Shown: positions 1 to 7,824 of the stretch, piece by piece
Numbering within the stretch: position 1 is the stretch's first letter
Layout: the number at the start of each line of letters is the position of its first letter
Origin: Nitrospirota bacterium
Lineage (GTDB): Bacteria > Nitrospirota > Thermodesulfovibrionia > UBA6902
Assembly: GCA_040756635.1 (NCBI GenBank)
Contig: JBFLYJ010000001.1
Coordinates: forward strand, 1 to 33,571
Direction: 5' to 3'
Length of the DNA: 33,571 nucleotides
The notes under the pieces: generated by a model
Told to the model about the DNA's origin: nothing
The model's input: the letters and a program-made list of their open reading frames with translations, nothing else
Databases searched by the model: none
Program-made: the position numbers and the translations under genes

Positions 1-2
1 GA

Positions 3-392
3 ATCAAGGGAATATCTCCTGAGGCGATGGCGATACTTTCATCTTACCATTGGCCCGGCAATGTCAGGGAACTGGAGAATGTCATAAGAAGGGCCGTTGT
101 TGTGGCAAACAGCGATATTATAGATGTCCCTGATATCAATCTAAATTCCGATTCTTACAAAAAGGAACTACAGGAACTTTCGGCAGTTGTTAATAACCTG
201 CTCGATACCGCAGTAGCTGAAAAGACGACCGACGGGATTTTCCGTTGTGTGGTCACGAAAACCGAGCGGACCCTGATAGAAAAGGCCCTAAGTATAACAA
301 AAGGGAACCAGGTACAGGCATCCGAACTGCTAGGTATTACCAGGGTGACACTCAGAAAAAAGATTCAGGAATATAACATCCCCTCTGTATAG
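3..392 (+). CDS. sigma-54-dependent transcriptional activator (NtrC/Fis family), C-terminal fragment; 5' end lies outside the window
   Basis: The frame is open from the window edge. GISPEAMAILSSYHWPGNVRELENVIRRAVV is the typical end of the AAA+ sigma-54 interaction domain. The C-terminus carries a Fis-type HTH (GNQVQASELLGITRVTLRKKIQEY). Confidence 0.9.
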   Translation: MKGISPEAMAILSSYHWPGNVRELENVIRRAVVVANSDIIDVPDINLNSDSYKKELQELSAVVNNLLDTAVAEKTTDGIFRCVVTKTERTLIEKALSITKGNQVQASELLGITRVTLRKKIQEYNIPSV

Positions 393-507
393 GGAATATA
401 CATAACTAAAATTCTCTATACAGTTAAAGTTTTCATATTTGAGAAGTCGAATCCAAGTTATTTTCCTTCCTCCTTAAATAGAATGCTTTATTAGCGAGAA
501 TCGTAAA

Positions 508-539
508 ATTGCGTTACAGTTCCAAGGTGGATTGCGTTA
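508..539. promoter_or_regulatory. candidate enhancer/UAS: direct repeat ATTGCGTTA x2
   Basis: ATTGCGTTA occurs at 508-516 and 531-539 (23 bp period), 75-105 bp upstream of the -24/-12 element at 613-628. This is the usual position for bEBP binding sites. Confidence 0.3.
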
Positions 540-612
540 ACCTGACGATCACTTTGATCTCTAAATGGGCATGTTGTCCCTCTTTCCCTTATTTAGATTG
601 ACCTTCCCCGGT

Positions 613-628
613 TGGCATATAAAATGCA
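613..628 (+). promoter_or_regulatory. sigma-54 (-24/-12) promoter
   Basis: TGGCAT-ATAAA-ATGCA matches TGGCAC-N5-TTGCA with the correct GG-to-GC spacing (12 nt). It lies 78 nt upstream of the ATG at 706 and next to a sigma-54 activator gene. Confidence 0.55.
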
Positions 629-705
629 AAATCCCGGTTATCAAGGCCTCGATCAATAAACAGAAAATGCGGAATTACGACATTCAGTAGAAAGGAGGGA
701 CAACT

Positions 706-942
706 ATGAAACTCGAAATTAGTGAGCAGGCCATTAATAATACTAAAAGGTGCAGGAAGAATTTCGCATGCCTGTCCGGAAGCGGACATTGCCTCTGCAA
801 ACTTACTTACTGCTTTAACGGTAAGAGCTATTTTATCAAGCCGGAACGCAATTTATTATGTAATTATAAAGTCACTTTTTCGGGTTCTGTCCTCTGCAGC
901 TGCCCCACGAGAAAGGAGATTTACAACAGGTACAGGATCTGA
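706..942 (+). CDS. small cysteine-rich protein (78 aa, 8 Cys), function unknown
   Basis: AGGAGG at 693-698 sits 7 nt before the ATG. The ORF lies directly downstream of the sigma-54 promoter. I recognised no family. Confidence 0.55.
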   Translation: MKLEISEQAINNTKRCRKNFACLSGSGHCLCKLTYCFNGKSYFIKPERNLLCNYKVTFSGSVLCSCPTRKEIYNRYRI

Positions 943-1000
943 TTAATATAGGTAAAATTACCGGCCGGGATATACTCTTCATAAAATATCTTGGCCTTTT

Positions 1001-1303
1001 TTATTGCTTATGGATCAAGTCAGCGCCGTCTGATGACAGCCTCCTGATCTTGTCTGCGATCAGATCAATATCATATTCCATTACATCAGTAATATGATTT
1101 TCCTTCCTGCAATATTCCATGACCTCTTCGATTACGCCGATGAGTTCCTCCTTCACAGTCGATAATTCCCCCATGCCGTCGCACCCTTTCTGACGCTGTT
1201 TGGTGAGAAGGTATATCTCCGCGTAATCGGATGCGATGGATAGCATCACGGATAGCCGGCTGTCCGATTCCTTCAGGTCCGCTAAAATATCCAAGAATTG
1301 CAT
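1001..1303 (-). CDS. hypothetical acidic 100-aa protein, last gene of the ars/ECF gene string
   Basis: AAGGAG (plus-strand ctcctt, 1311-1316) sits 7 nt upstream of the ATG. It is on the same strand as the ars cluster. No recognisable motif. Confidence 0.5.
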   Translation of the reverse strand: MQFLDILADLKESDSRLSVMLSIASDYAEIYLLTKQRQKGCDGMGELSTVKEELIGVIEEVMEYCRKENHITDVMEYDIDLIADKIRRLSSDGADLIHKQ

Positions 1304-1355
1304 GCCAAAGCTCCTTGATTTATTAAATGATCTTAACGCCAGCGCAAAAGGACAG

Positions 1356-1385
1356 CGGGAGCGTGAATGACTGAACGCGCTCCCG
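1356..1385 (-). terminator. possible intrinsic terminator or attenuating hairpin after the AhpD-like gene
   Basis: CGGGAGCG (1356-1363) pairs with CGCTCCCG (1378-1385) over a 14-nt loop. On the minus strand it is followed by CTGTCCTTTTGCG, a short T run. Confidence 0.4.
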
Positions 1386-1406
1386 TATAGTCCTTATTGC
1401 GTTTAC

Positions 1407-1679
1407 TCAGGCATTACAGCCGCATCCGCCGCTGACACATCCTTCTGCCGTCTCACTGGAAACCATGTCAGGATTGCAAGAGTCCGAAATGAATTTGTCC
1501 ATTTCCGCTGTAGCGCCTTTTCTTACCATCCTGGCCACTCTGACGGCTTCAGTTATTTCGTGTTCTTCGGCGCCGCTTTCCAGCGCCTTGCTTATATGGT
1601 ATTTCAGGCAGGGCTGACAATTTGCCGTAACTGACGCTCCGACCGCGATTAATTCCCGTATCCTCTCTTCAAGCTTCAT
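1407..1679 (-). CDS. carboxymuconolactone decarboxylase / AhpD-like family protein with Cys-rich C-terminal tail
   Basis: It has the CMD-type CxxCxxxH motif (ANCQPCLKYH) and a tail CVSGGCGCNA. The ATG at 1679 is preceded by GGAGG (plus cctcc, 1689-1693). The track's GTG start at 1688 abuts that RBS with no spacer. Confidence 0.75.
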   Translation of the reverse strand: MKLEERIRELIAVGASVTANCQPCLKYHISKALESGAEEHEITEAVRVARMVRKGATAEMDKFISDSCNPDMVSSETAEGCVSGGCGCNA

Positions 1680-1742
1680 GGGGATCACCTCCTTTCCTTC
1701 ACTATAGACGAATTACGGGGAGGAAAGGATACACAAGATACT

Positions 1743-2339
1743 TTACGGGAATTTAATAAAACTGTTTTTACGGTCACAAGCTAATTCGTTGCGCTCATCC
1801 CGGTAGAATGTGCATTTCAGAGACAGTCTCTTTTTCAATTCGCTTCTGGCCCGATGCAGTCTGACCTTCACGTTTTCAACGCTGGTACCAGTGATTTCCG
1901 CGATTTCTTTGTTTGAAAAGCCCTCCAGCTCGCTAAGCGACAGAGCAGTCCTGTAATTCTCCGGAAGGTCTTTAATAATGTCCCTGATGCAATCGTTCAT
2001 CTCTTTTTTGATCACTGCCCGCTCGGCAGATAATGAATGCGATACTGCCTGCTCAGTTCCTTCATGCTCCGGCCCGAATATATCACTGCCGGCATCCGTC
2101 ACTTCTCTGGATTTCCCTCGAAACCTGTCTGTGGCTGTATTAGTGGCGATCCTGTAAATCCAGGTCGAAAGCTGTGAGTTGCCCCTGAAATTATGAAGGG
2201 ACCTGCCGACCTTTAGAAAGACCTCCTGGGTAAGGTCTTCGGCTTCGTCCTCTCCTGCGAGCCGCGCCAGATAACGATGAATTTTATCATGGAACGCGTT
2301 GTATACTTCCTGAAATTCATGGTCGCTTTTATGGTTCAT
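1743..2339 (-). CDS. ECF-type RNA polymerase sigma-70 family factor with a short Cys-containing C-terminal extension
   Basis: Region 2 (EDLTQEVFLKV, STWIYRIATN) and a region 4 HTH (YRTALSLSELEGFSNKEIAEITGTSVENVKVRLHRAR) are present. About 25 extra residues follow, with two Cys (LKCTFYRDERNELACDRK). Confidence 0.85.
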   Translation of the reverse strand: MNHKSDHEFQEVYNAFHDKIHRYLARLAGEDEAEDLTQEVFLKVGRSLHNFRGNSQLSTWIYRIATNTATDRFRGKSREVTDAGSDIFGPEHEGTEQAVSHSLSAERAVIKKEMNDCIRDIIKDLPENYRTALSLSELEGFSNKEIAEITGTSVENVKVRLHRARSELKKRLSLKCTFYRDERNELACDRKNSFIKFP

Positions 2340-2407
2340 TTATTCGGTTCCCTTTATAATGACTCAGGCCGCCTCAGCACAGCAGTTCAATGGCCGCCCG
2401 GATTAAC

Positions 2408-4291
2408 TTATGCTCCTTTTGTACTTTTCGCGGTCAGCTCCCTGACCGCTTCATTCAGCCGGTCAAATCCCTTTAACTCGTCCTGCATCATAGGAAATTG
2501 AAGCACCGGCAGATCGAACTTATTTTCGATCTCTCTTAAATAGTTTATCTGCATAAGTCTTCTGTTTCTGAAAAAATCATTCGCGCACACTTCTTCAGGC
2601 AGGACCATGTTCGCCACCACGAGCTGGGTCTCAATCCCCGCGTCTTTCAGGTCGATCATGGCGCGGTAAGATTCCAGGATCGGGGTTGACTCAGGATAAA
2701 GTACGAGACAGAACACCGATTGCTCCCTGTCTCTAAGTATTTCTATGATCTTTTTAAATCTGTCGTCTGTTTCGCTTTTTCCAGCTGCCGCGTCAGCGGT
2801 GGAGATCATCATCTCCGCCTGTTTCGCATAATCAAACGGCAGGTCGAGAAGTCTTAGCGTGTGGCCGGTCGGAGCGGGGTCAAAGACGATAAGGTCGAAT
2901 GTGCTGCCTTCTATAAATCGTATGAATTTATCAAACGCCGCCATTTCCTCGATACAGGGCGAATTAAGCTCCTCTTCCATGGCTGCCATCATGTCTTCGG
3001 AATATTTCCCGCGCGCGTCCTCAAGGACTTTCTCTTTATATTCGATAAAGGCTTTTCCCTGGTCTATCATTACAGCATAAAGATTAGCACTGATCTCTTT
3101 CGGTTCGTCATGGATGCTGACTCCGAATACTTCGCCGATGTGAGCGGCAGGGTCAGTTGTCACAATAAGCGTTTTGAATCCCCTCTGAGCCGCATACAAT
3201 GCCGTGATGCATGATATGGATGTCTTGCCGACCCCGCCTTTCCCTGTGAAAAAGACGGCTTTTGTGCCGTTAAGAGGAAAGAACAAGTTGTCGAGATCGG
3301 GCTGCATTTTACCGTAAATTTCCCCCTTTTCAAGAAGGGGATTAAGGGAGATTCTTTCTTTATCATAAAATCTCCCCTCACCCCTCTTTTCCAAAGAGGG
3401 GAATTTATCAGTGTCCCCGGCAAACAATTCCCCTGCAACATCTTGCAGCGCTCCTAATCCCTTCACCTCATTGTCCCTTAACATCATATAGCGTTTCGGC
3501 TTCTTTATCGCGTTTTCAATATCATGAATGACCTTCTGCTGGGTGTCGAATTTCTTTCTGAAGAAACCGATTTCACATACCTCTTCAGGCAGTATGCCGT
3601 TTACGATAATCTCCCCCGATTTTATCCCGATGGTTTCGAGTTCCCCGGCGGCACGCAATGTTTCATAAAGTGATAACGCATCCGGCCGCATCACAAAGAT
3701 AAAGTCCGTGCGCCCGGGGTCTTTGAGAATGGCGGTTGCCCGGTCATATCTGTCTTTTGAATCCTTTATCGACTGCACCGGACCGAGACACGTCTGCCCG
3801 CTGCCCTTTGCCGATTCTTCAATATGCCTGGACCAGTCGACGGGAAGTTCGAGCAGTCTTATCGTATGTCCTGTAGGCGCGGTGTCGAAAATAATAATTT
3901 CATACTCATCGGTCTCCATGAAATCAATGAACCTGTCGAATGAGGCCATTTCCGTCGTGCAGGGCCCGCTCAGATTTTCATCGAGAGAGGCGATGACGTC
4001 ATCCGGCATTATCTCTCTGAACGGCCCGATTATTTTTTCCTTGTATTCTCTTGTCGCCTCGTCAGGGTCTATCTCCATTGCGAACAAGGGTATGGCTCGA
4101 TGTACACCTGCTAATATGGGTGTGATCTTATGTCCGATCTCCTGATCAAACACATCAGCAAGGTTGGAAGCAGGATCTGTTGTGACAATCAATGTCTTTT
4201 TGCCTGCGGATGCGTAATGGACCGCGGCAGCGCAGGCCATGGTGGTTTTACCGACGCCGCCTTTACCGGAGAAGAAGATATATTTCGCCAT
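2408..4291 (-). CDS. arsA: arsenite-stimulated ATPase ArsA (two-domain)
   Basis: It is a duplicated protein. Each half has a GKGGVGKT P-loop plus the ArsA signature DTAPTGHT (first half DTAPTGHTIRLL, second half DPAPTGHTLRLL). It follows arsD and acr3. Confidence 0.95.
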   Translation of the reverse strand: MAKYIFFSGKGGVGKTTMACAAAVHYASAGKKTLIVTTDPASNLADVFDQEIGHKITPILAGVHRAIPLFAMEIDPDEATREYKEKIIGPFREIMPDDVIASLDENLSGPCTTEMASFDRFIDFMETDEYEIIIFDTAPTGHTIRLLELPVDWSRHIEESAKGSGQTCLGPVQSIKDSKDRYDRATAILKDPGRTDFIFVMRPDALSLYETLRAAGELETIGIKSGEIIVNGILPEEVCEIGFFRKKFDTQQKVIHDIENAIKKPKRYMMLRDNEVKGLGALQDVAGELFAGDTDKFPSLEKRGEGRFYDKERISLNPLLEKGEIYGKMQPDLDNLFFPLNGTKAVFFTGKGGVGKTSISCITALYAAQRGFKTLIVTTDPAAHIGEVFGVSIHDEPKEISANLYAVMIDQGKAFIEYKEKVLEDARGKYSEDMMAAMEEELNSPCIEEMAAFDKFIRFIEGSTFDLIVFDPAPTGHTLRLLDLPFDYAKQAEMMISTADAAAGKSETDDRFKKIIEILRDREQSVFCLVLYPESTPILESYRAMIDLKDAGIETQLVVANMVLPEEVCANDFFRNRRLMQINYLREIENKFDLPVLQFPMMQDELKGFDRLNEAVRELTAKSTKGA

Positions 4292-4301
4292 TTGTTTCCC
4301 T

Positions 4302-4637
4302 TCAGCCGATCACTTTCAGCGGACTTTTCTTAACCGGTTTGATGCCGAGCCGGTCGCATAGGTCTTCATACAGCGGATATTCGCCGGTCTTAAACACTTC
4401 TCCCTCTATGATCGTAACAGGCAGCGCCTTCTTCCCGTTCTTGTGAAGAAGGTCGGCAACCATCCTGTTTGCCATGAATTCCTTAGGCTGCTGAGCAAGG
4501 TTGAACCTTATCACGTCCACGCCCTGCTTTTTCAGCGCCATCACGGCTTCGTTTATCTTCAGCAGCACAGGGTCTATATTCGGTCCGCATAATCCTGACG
4601 AACAGCACATCGCGGGATCATATATTTCTATTTTCAT
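4302..4637 (-). CDS. arsD: arsenic metallochaperone / repressor ArsD
   Basis: The N-terminus [19 protein letters not shown] carries the Cys12-Cys13-Cys18 triad typical of ArsD. The ATG overlaps the acr3 stop (4634-4637). Confidence 0.9.
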   Translation of the reverse strand: MKIEIYDPAMCCSSGLCGPNIDPVLLKINEAVMALKKQGVDVIRFNLAQQPKEFMANRMVADLLHKNGKKALPVTIIEGEVFKTGEYPLYEDLCDRLGIKPVKKSPLKVIG

Positions 4638-5698
4638 GCATGCGCCTCCTCTTTAAAGTATTTATGTCGGAAAAACATCGAGACGTTGACAAGTCCGATC
4701 AGGACAGGGACTTCGACCAGAGGTCCGATTACCGCGGTAAATGCCGCCGCTGAATTTATCCCGAACACCGCCACGGCAACAGCAATGGCGAGTTCAAAAT
4801 TATTGCTGGCCGCAGTGAATGACAGGGAAGCAGATTTTTGATAATCCGTTCCGATCTTCCGGGCCATATAAAAAGATATGAGGAACATAAGGACGAAATA
4901 TATCAAAAGCGGTACGGCAATACGCACGACGTCCAATGGCAGCCTTACTATATAATTGCCCTTCAGGGAAAACATTACGATGATAGTGAAGAGCAGGGCG
5001 ACCAGGGTCAAAGGGCTTGTCACAGGGATGAATTTATCCTCATACCATTTTCGGTCTTTTAACTTGATGAGACTGAATCGGGTGATTATGCCGGCTATAA
5101 AGGGGATACCCAGATAAATAAAGACGCTTTCCGCGATCTGTCCCATTGTCACTTCCACGACCGCTCCCTTTAAACCCAGCCATGCCGGCAATACTGTTAT
5201 GAAGATATACGCATAGACTGAATAGAACAGGACCTGGAATACGGAGTTGAATGCGACGAGACCCGCGGTATATTCGGTGTCCCCGCAGGCGAGCTCATTC
5301 CACACAATGACCATGGCTATGCAGCGCGCCAGGCCGATCATGATGAGCCCGACCATATAATCGGGGTAGTCATGGAGAAATGCGATTGCCAGCACGAACA
5401 TCAGTACCGGGCCTATCAGCCAGTTCTGAACAAGGGACAACCCGAGGACCTTTTTGTTCCTGAAGACTTCTCCAAGGTCTTCATAACGCACCTTGGCAAG
5501 GGGAGGGTACATCATCAGGATGAGACCGATCGCAATAGGTACATTTGTCGTACCGGCCTGAAAGGAATTGATGAAGACCTCTATATTCGGGTAGAGATAA
5601 CCGCTTACTACTCCGGCCGCCATCGCCAGAAAGATCCAGAGGGTAAGGTACCGGTGTAAAAAAGACAACCTTTTTTTAATCTTATGATCGGCGTTCAT
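4634..5698 (-). CDS. acr3: arsenite efflux permease, ACR3 family
   Basis: It is a polytopic membrane protein with the conserved ACR3 motif GLARCIAMV. Its position between arsR and arsD fits. Confidence 0.9.
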   Translation of the reverse strand: MNADHKIKKRLSFLHRYLTLWIFLAMAAGVVSGYLYPNIEVFINSFQAGTTNVPIAIGLILMMYPPLAKVRYEDLGEVFRNKKVLGLSLVQNWLIGPVLMFVLAIAFLHDYPDYMVGLIMIGLARCIAMVIVWNELACGDTEYTAGLVAFNSVFQVLFYSVYAYIFITVLPAWLGLKGAVVEVTMGQIAESVFIYLGIPFIAGIITRFSLIKLKDRKWYEDKFIPVTSPLTLVALLFTIIVMFSLKGNYIVRLPLDVVRIAVPLLIYFVLMFLISFYMARKIGTDYQKSASLSFTAASNNFELAIAVAVAVFGINSAAAFTAVIGPLVEVPVLIGLVNVSMFFRHKYFKEEAHA

Positions 5699-5711
5699 AA
5701 TGCTTTCCGTT

Positions 5712-6020
5712 TTAGCACTTCCTGCTCTTTTTAATTACCGACAGCGTCTTCCCGCTCATTCTTTCGAATACCCCCATCAGCAGAAACCTTATAAACATGT
5801 CAGACTCGGCCAGAGAATAATGTATCCATCGTCCGTTTTTTCTGTCTTTGATCAGTCCTGCCTCTTTCAGCATGCTCAAATGGAATGAAATATTGGGCTG
5901 GGTCATACCCAGTGTTTCCGCGATATCGCAGACGCATATTTCACCGTCTTTCATTAAAGACAATATCTTGAGTCTTGTCTCATCAGACAAGGCCTTGAAA
6001 ATCGGGAGAATGTTGTCCAT
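5712..6020 (-). CDS. arsR: ArsR/SmtB family metalloregulator
   Basis: It has a winged HTH with the metalloid-binding CVC motif ([32 protein letters not shown]). It is the first gene of the ars operon. Confidence 0.9.
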   Translation of the reverse strand: MDNILPIFKALSDETRLKILSLMKDGEICVCDIAETLGMTQPNISFHLSMLKEAGLIKDRKNGRWIHYSLAESDMFIRFLLMGVFERMSGKTLSVIKKSRKC

Positions 6021-6055
6021 AGCTGGTCCTGAGCTCCTTCCGGAAAATAATAAAA

Positions 6056-6082
6056 TTAGATATATATTTATATGTAATCTAA
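6056..6082. promoter_or_regulatory. candidate ArsR operator / ars promoter region
   Basis: The inverted repeat TTAGAT-N15-ATCTAA lies in a very AT-rich stretch 36 bp upstream of the arsR ATG. This assignment is based on position only. Confidence 0.3.
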
Positions 6083-6347
6083 ATAATTCTTATATTTTAC
6101 CGGGTAATAAATTAAGTCAAAATATAATACATAAATAACCATTTATGTAATTACAATTTTAGACTGTTGCGGACTGTTTGTCAAATTTATAAGATACCAA
6201 TATGAACAGGACTTGATACCGGACCCTTGGTGTTTAGGCATTTTGATTTATTTTGCTTGCCCCGGCGTAATACTCCCCTCGTCAGCTATAAGATGCTATA
6301 TGATATAAATCATAAAAAAACCCCGGATGTTGGGTTATAGTGAGTCT

Positions 6348-6440
6348 GAGGATGTTGACATTGATGTGAAAAGGTTTATCCCACCTACAAGAGCCCAACT
6401 TTTCATCATCAACCATGTCCCCTAACTTGTCAACATCCTC
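6348..6440. repeat. 93-bp imperfect hairpin element with perfect 13-bp terminal inverted repeats
   Basis: GAGGATGTTGACA (6348-6360) pairs with TGTCAACATCCTC (6428-6440). Inner arms are TTGATGTGAAAAG and CTTTTCATCATCAA. The element lies in a 730-bp ORF-free gap. Confidence 0.45.
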
Positions 6441-6486
6441 ATTCTTTATTCCCCCAGTTATAAAACGGATTTAACCTCATTAGAGG

Positions 6487-6619
6487 CTTCCGATGAAAAG
6501 TCACTGCACGTGACCCCTATCGTGGCGATTGATTTCGGAAGATATTTAAGACGCGGGGTTACCTCTTCAGCCGGCATTACACGCTTTGATCGTAATGCCG
6601 TTTTCGGCCGGGGCTGAAG
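6487..6619 (+). promoter_or_regulatory. structured leader upstream of the MshEN/pilT operon (two compound hairpins, terminator-like inner stem)
   Basis: CTTCCGA (6487-6493) pairs with TCGGAAG (6535-6541), enclosing GTCAC-TGCAC-GTGAC. CTTCAGCC+GGCATTAC (6565-6580) pairs with GTAATGCC (6592-6599) and GGCTGAAG (6612-6619). The inner stem is followed by GTTTTCGG. Confidence 0.35.
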
Positions 6620-6750
6620 TCACGATCTATACAATTCGGGAGTAAGCTTGACCGGACATTTAATACGTCAAGTTTTTACGGCATTGTCCGATAAATATAA
6701 ACATATCACGGAAACATACAATTCCTGGATTACAAACTGCGGAGAACATT

Positions 6751-7824
6751 ATGCCTAACTGGAAAGATATCGGGACCCTGCTTCTTGAATACGGGTTGAT
6801 AACTGTTGACGACCTTAACGAGGGATTAAAGATCCAGGCGAAGTCCGGTCTCAGGCTTGGCGAGGCACTGGTAAAACTCGGCAAAGTCAGCATGGAGGAC
6901 ATTGAATGGGTGCTCAGTAAGCAGCTGGACATACCCTACGTCATTGTTGAGGACATCAATGTCAATGTTGAATTGCTGGGAAAATTCCCAAAGGACTTCC
7001 TGATAGAAAACATGGTCCTGCCTCTTTATGAATCCGATGACCAGGTGTCAGTAGTGATTGAGGACCCGTTCAATAAACCGGCAATCTCCTTTATAGAAGA
7101 ACTCACCAAAAAAACAGCGGACCTGTCCACGGGCAGCGGCAGCAAGATCAGGGAACTATTAAAAAAGACATTTAACAGGGTGGGACTCCCTGAATTGATC
7201 AGCGTGATTAAAACGACTATAGAGAAAATCAGGGAGACCTCATTTTACAGGATAGACTTTCTTATGGCCGAACATTCATGTACCGTCAATGTCTTCGGTT
7301 CAGGGATATTGAGGAGGATTGCGGAAATACAGGGGCACTTCACGAATGAAGACGTTTTCAGGGCGTTTGATGATCTCGGAATACATTTCCTGTATGAACA
7401 GTCGTTCAGCAACAACAGGCGGTTCGTAGCAGTCTTCCCCTTGGAAAACAGGTTTGACATTGCCGGGACGCCTGCCGTTGTCGGAGGGTATGGTCTGCTC
7501 CTTCCCAAAGACGATATTTTTTCGGACGCGCACGTATACGGGTTTTCACATATATTCCCCCTGAACAAACCTATACATGGGTATCCGTATCTCGCTACTA
7601 AAGACAAGCAGTCTTCATTTAAACATTTTATATATGTAATCGATGCGGCTCCCGCGGAATTCAGGGATTATTACGTCAATACTTATCTCCCCCTGAAGTG
7701 CCGATCATGCGGCGGCAGTGGCTGTACAGAGTGCGGGGAACTGGGATATGAGTATAAAAAAATAGAAGGCACGTATTCTTCCGACGATATCAATAATATG
7801 CTGAAAGAGGACGACAATGGCTAA
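6751..7824 (+). CDS. stand-alone MshEN / T2SS-E N-terminal domain protein (predicted c-di-GMP receptor) lacking an ATPase core; C-terminal tetracysteine motif
   Basis: GGAGA sits 5 nt upstream of the ATG. The N-terminus carries two 24-residue MshEN-type motifs separated by 5 residues (IGTLLLEYGLITVDDLNEGLKIQ-AKSGL-RLGEALVKLGKVSMEDIEWVLSKQ). There is no Walker A. The C-terminus has CRSCGGSGCTEC. Confidence 0.8.
   Translation: MPNWKDIGTLLLEYGLITVDDLNEGLKIQAKSGLRLGEALVKLGKVSMEDIEWVLSKQLDIPYVIVEDINVNVELLGKFPKDFLIENMVLPLYESDDQVSVVIEDPFNKPAISFIEELTKKTADLSTGSGSKIRELLKKTFNRVGLPELISVIKTTIEKIRETSFYRIDFLMAEHSCTVNVFGSGILRRIAEIQGHFTNEDVFRAFDDLGIHFLYEQSFSNNRRFVAVFPLENRFDIAGTPAVVGGYGLLLPKDDIFSDAHVYGFSHIFPLNKPIHGYPYLATKDKQSSFKHFIYVIDAAPAEFRDYYVNTYLPLKCRSCGGSGCTECGELGYEYKKIEGTYSSDDINNMLKEDDNG

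Noticed and set aside
3708-4145. 145-aa plus-strand ORF and several other 60-120-aa ORFs inside arsA/arsD/acr3
   Set aside because: They are antisense to well-supported ars genes and have a low-complexity Ser-rich composition.
6553-6563. c-di-GMP-I (GEMM-I) riboswitch upstream of the MshEN/pilT operon
   Set aside because: Only an 11-nt match (GCGGGGTTACC) to the 3' part of the Vc2 aptamer, as I remember it, is present. The expected GCAAA / GAAA tetraloop / ACGCAAAGC 5' elements are not visible upstream. I treat it as unconfirmed and possibly coincidental.
6660-6932. 90-aa minus-strand ORF overlapping the start of the MshEN gene
   Set aside because: It is antisense to the conserved MshEN motifs and has no RBS or recognisable features.
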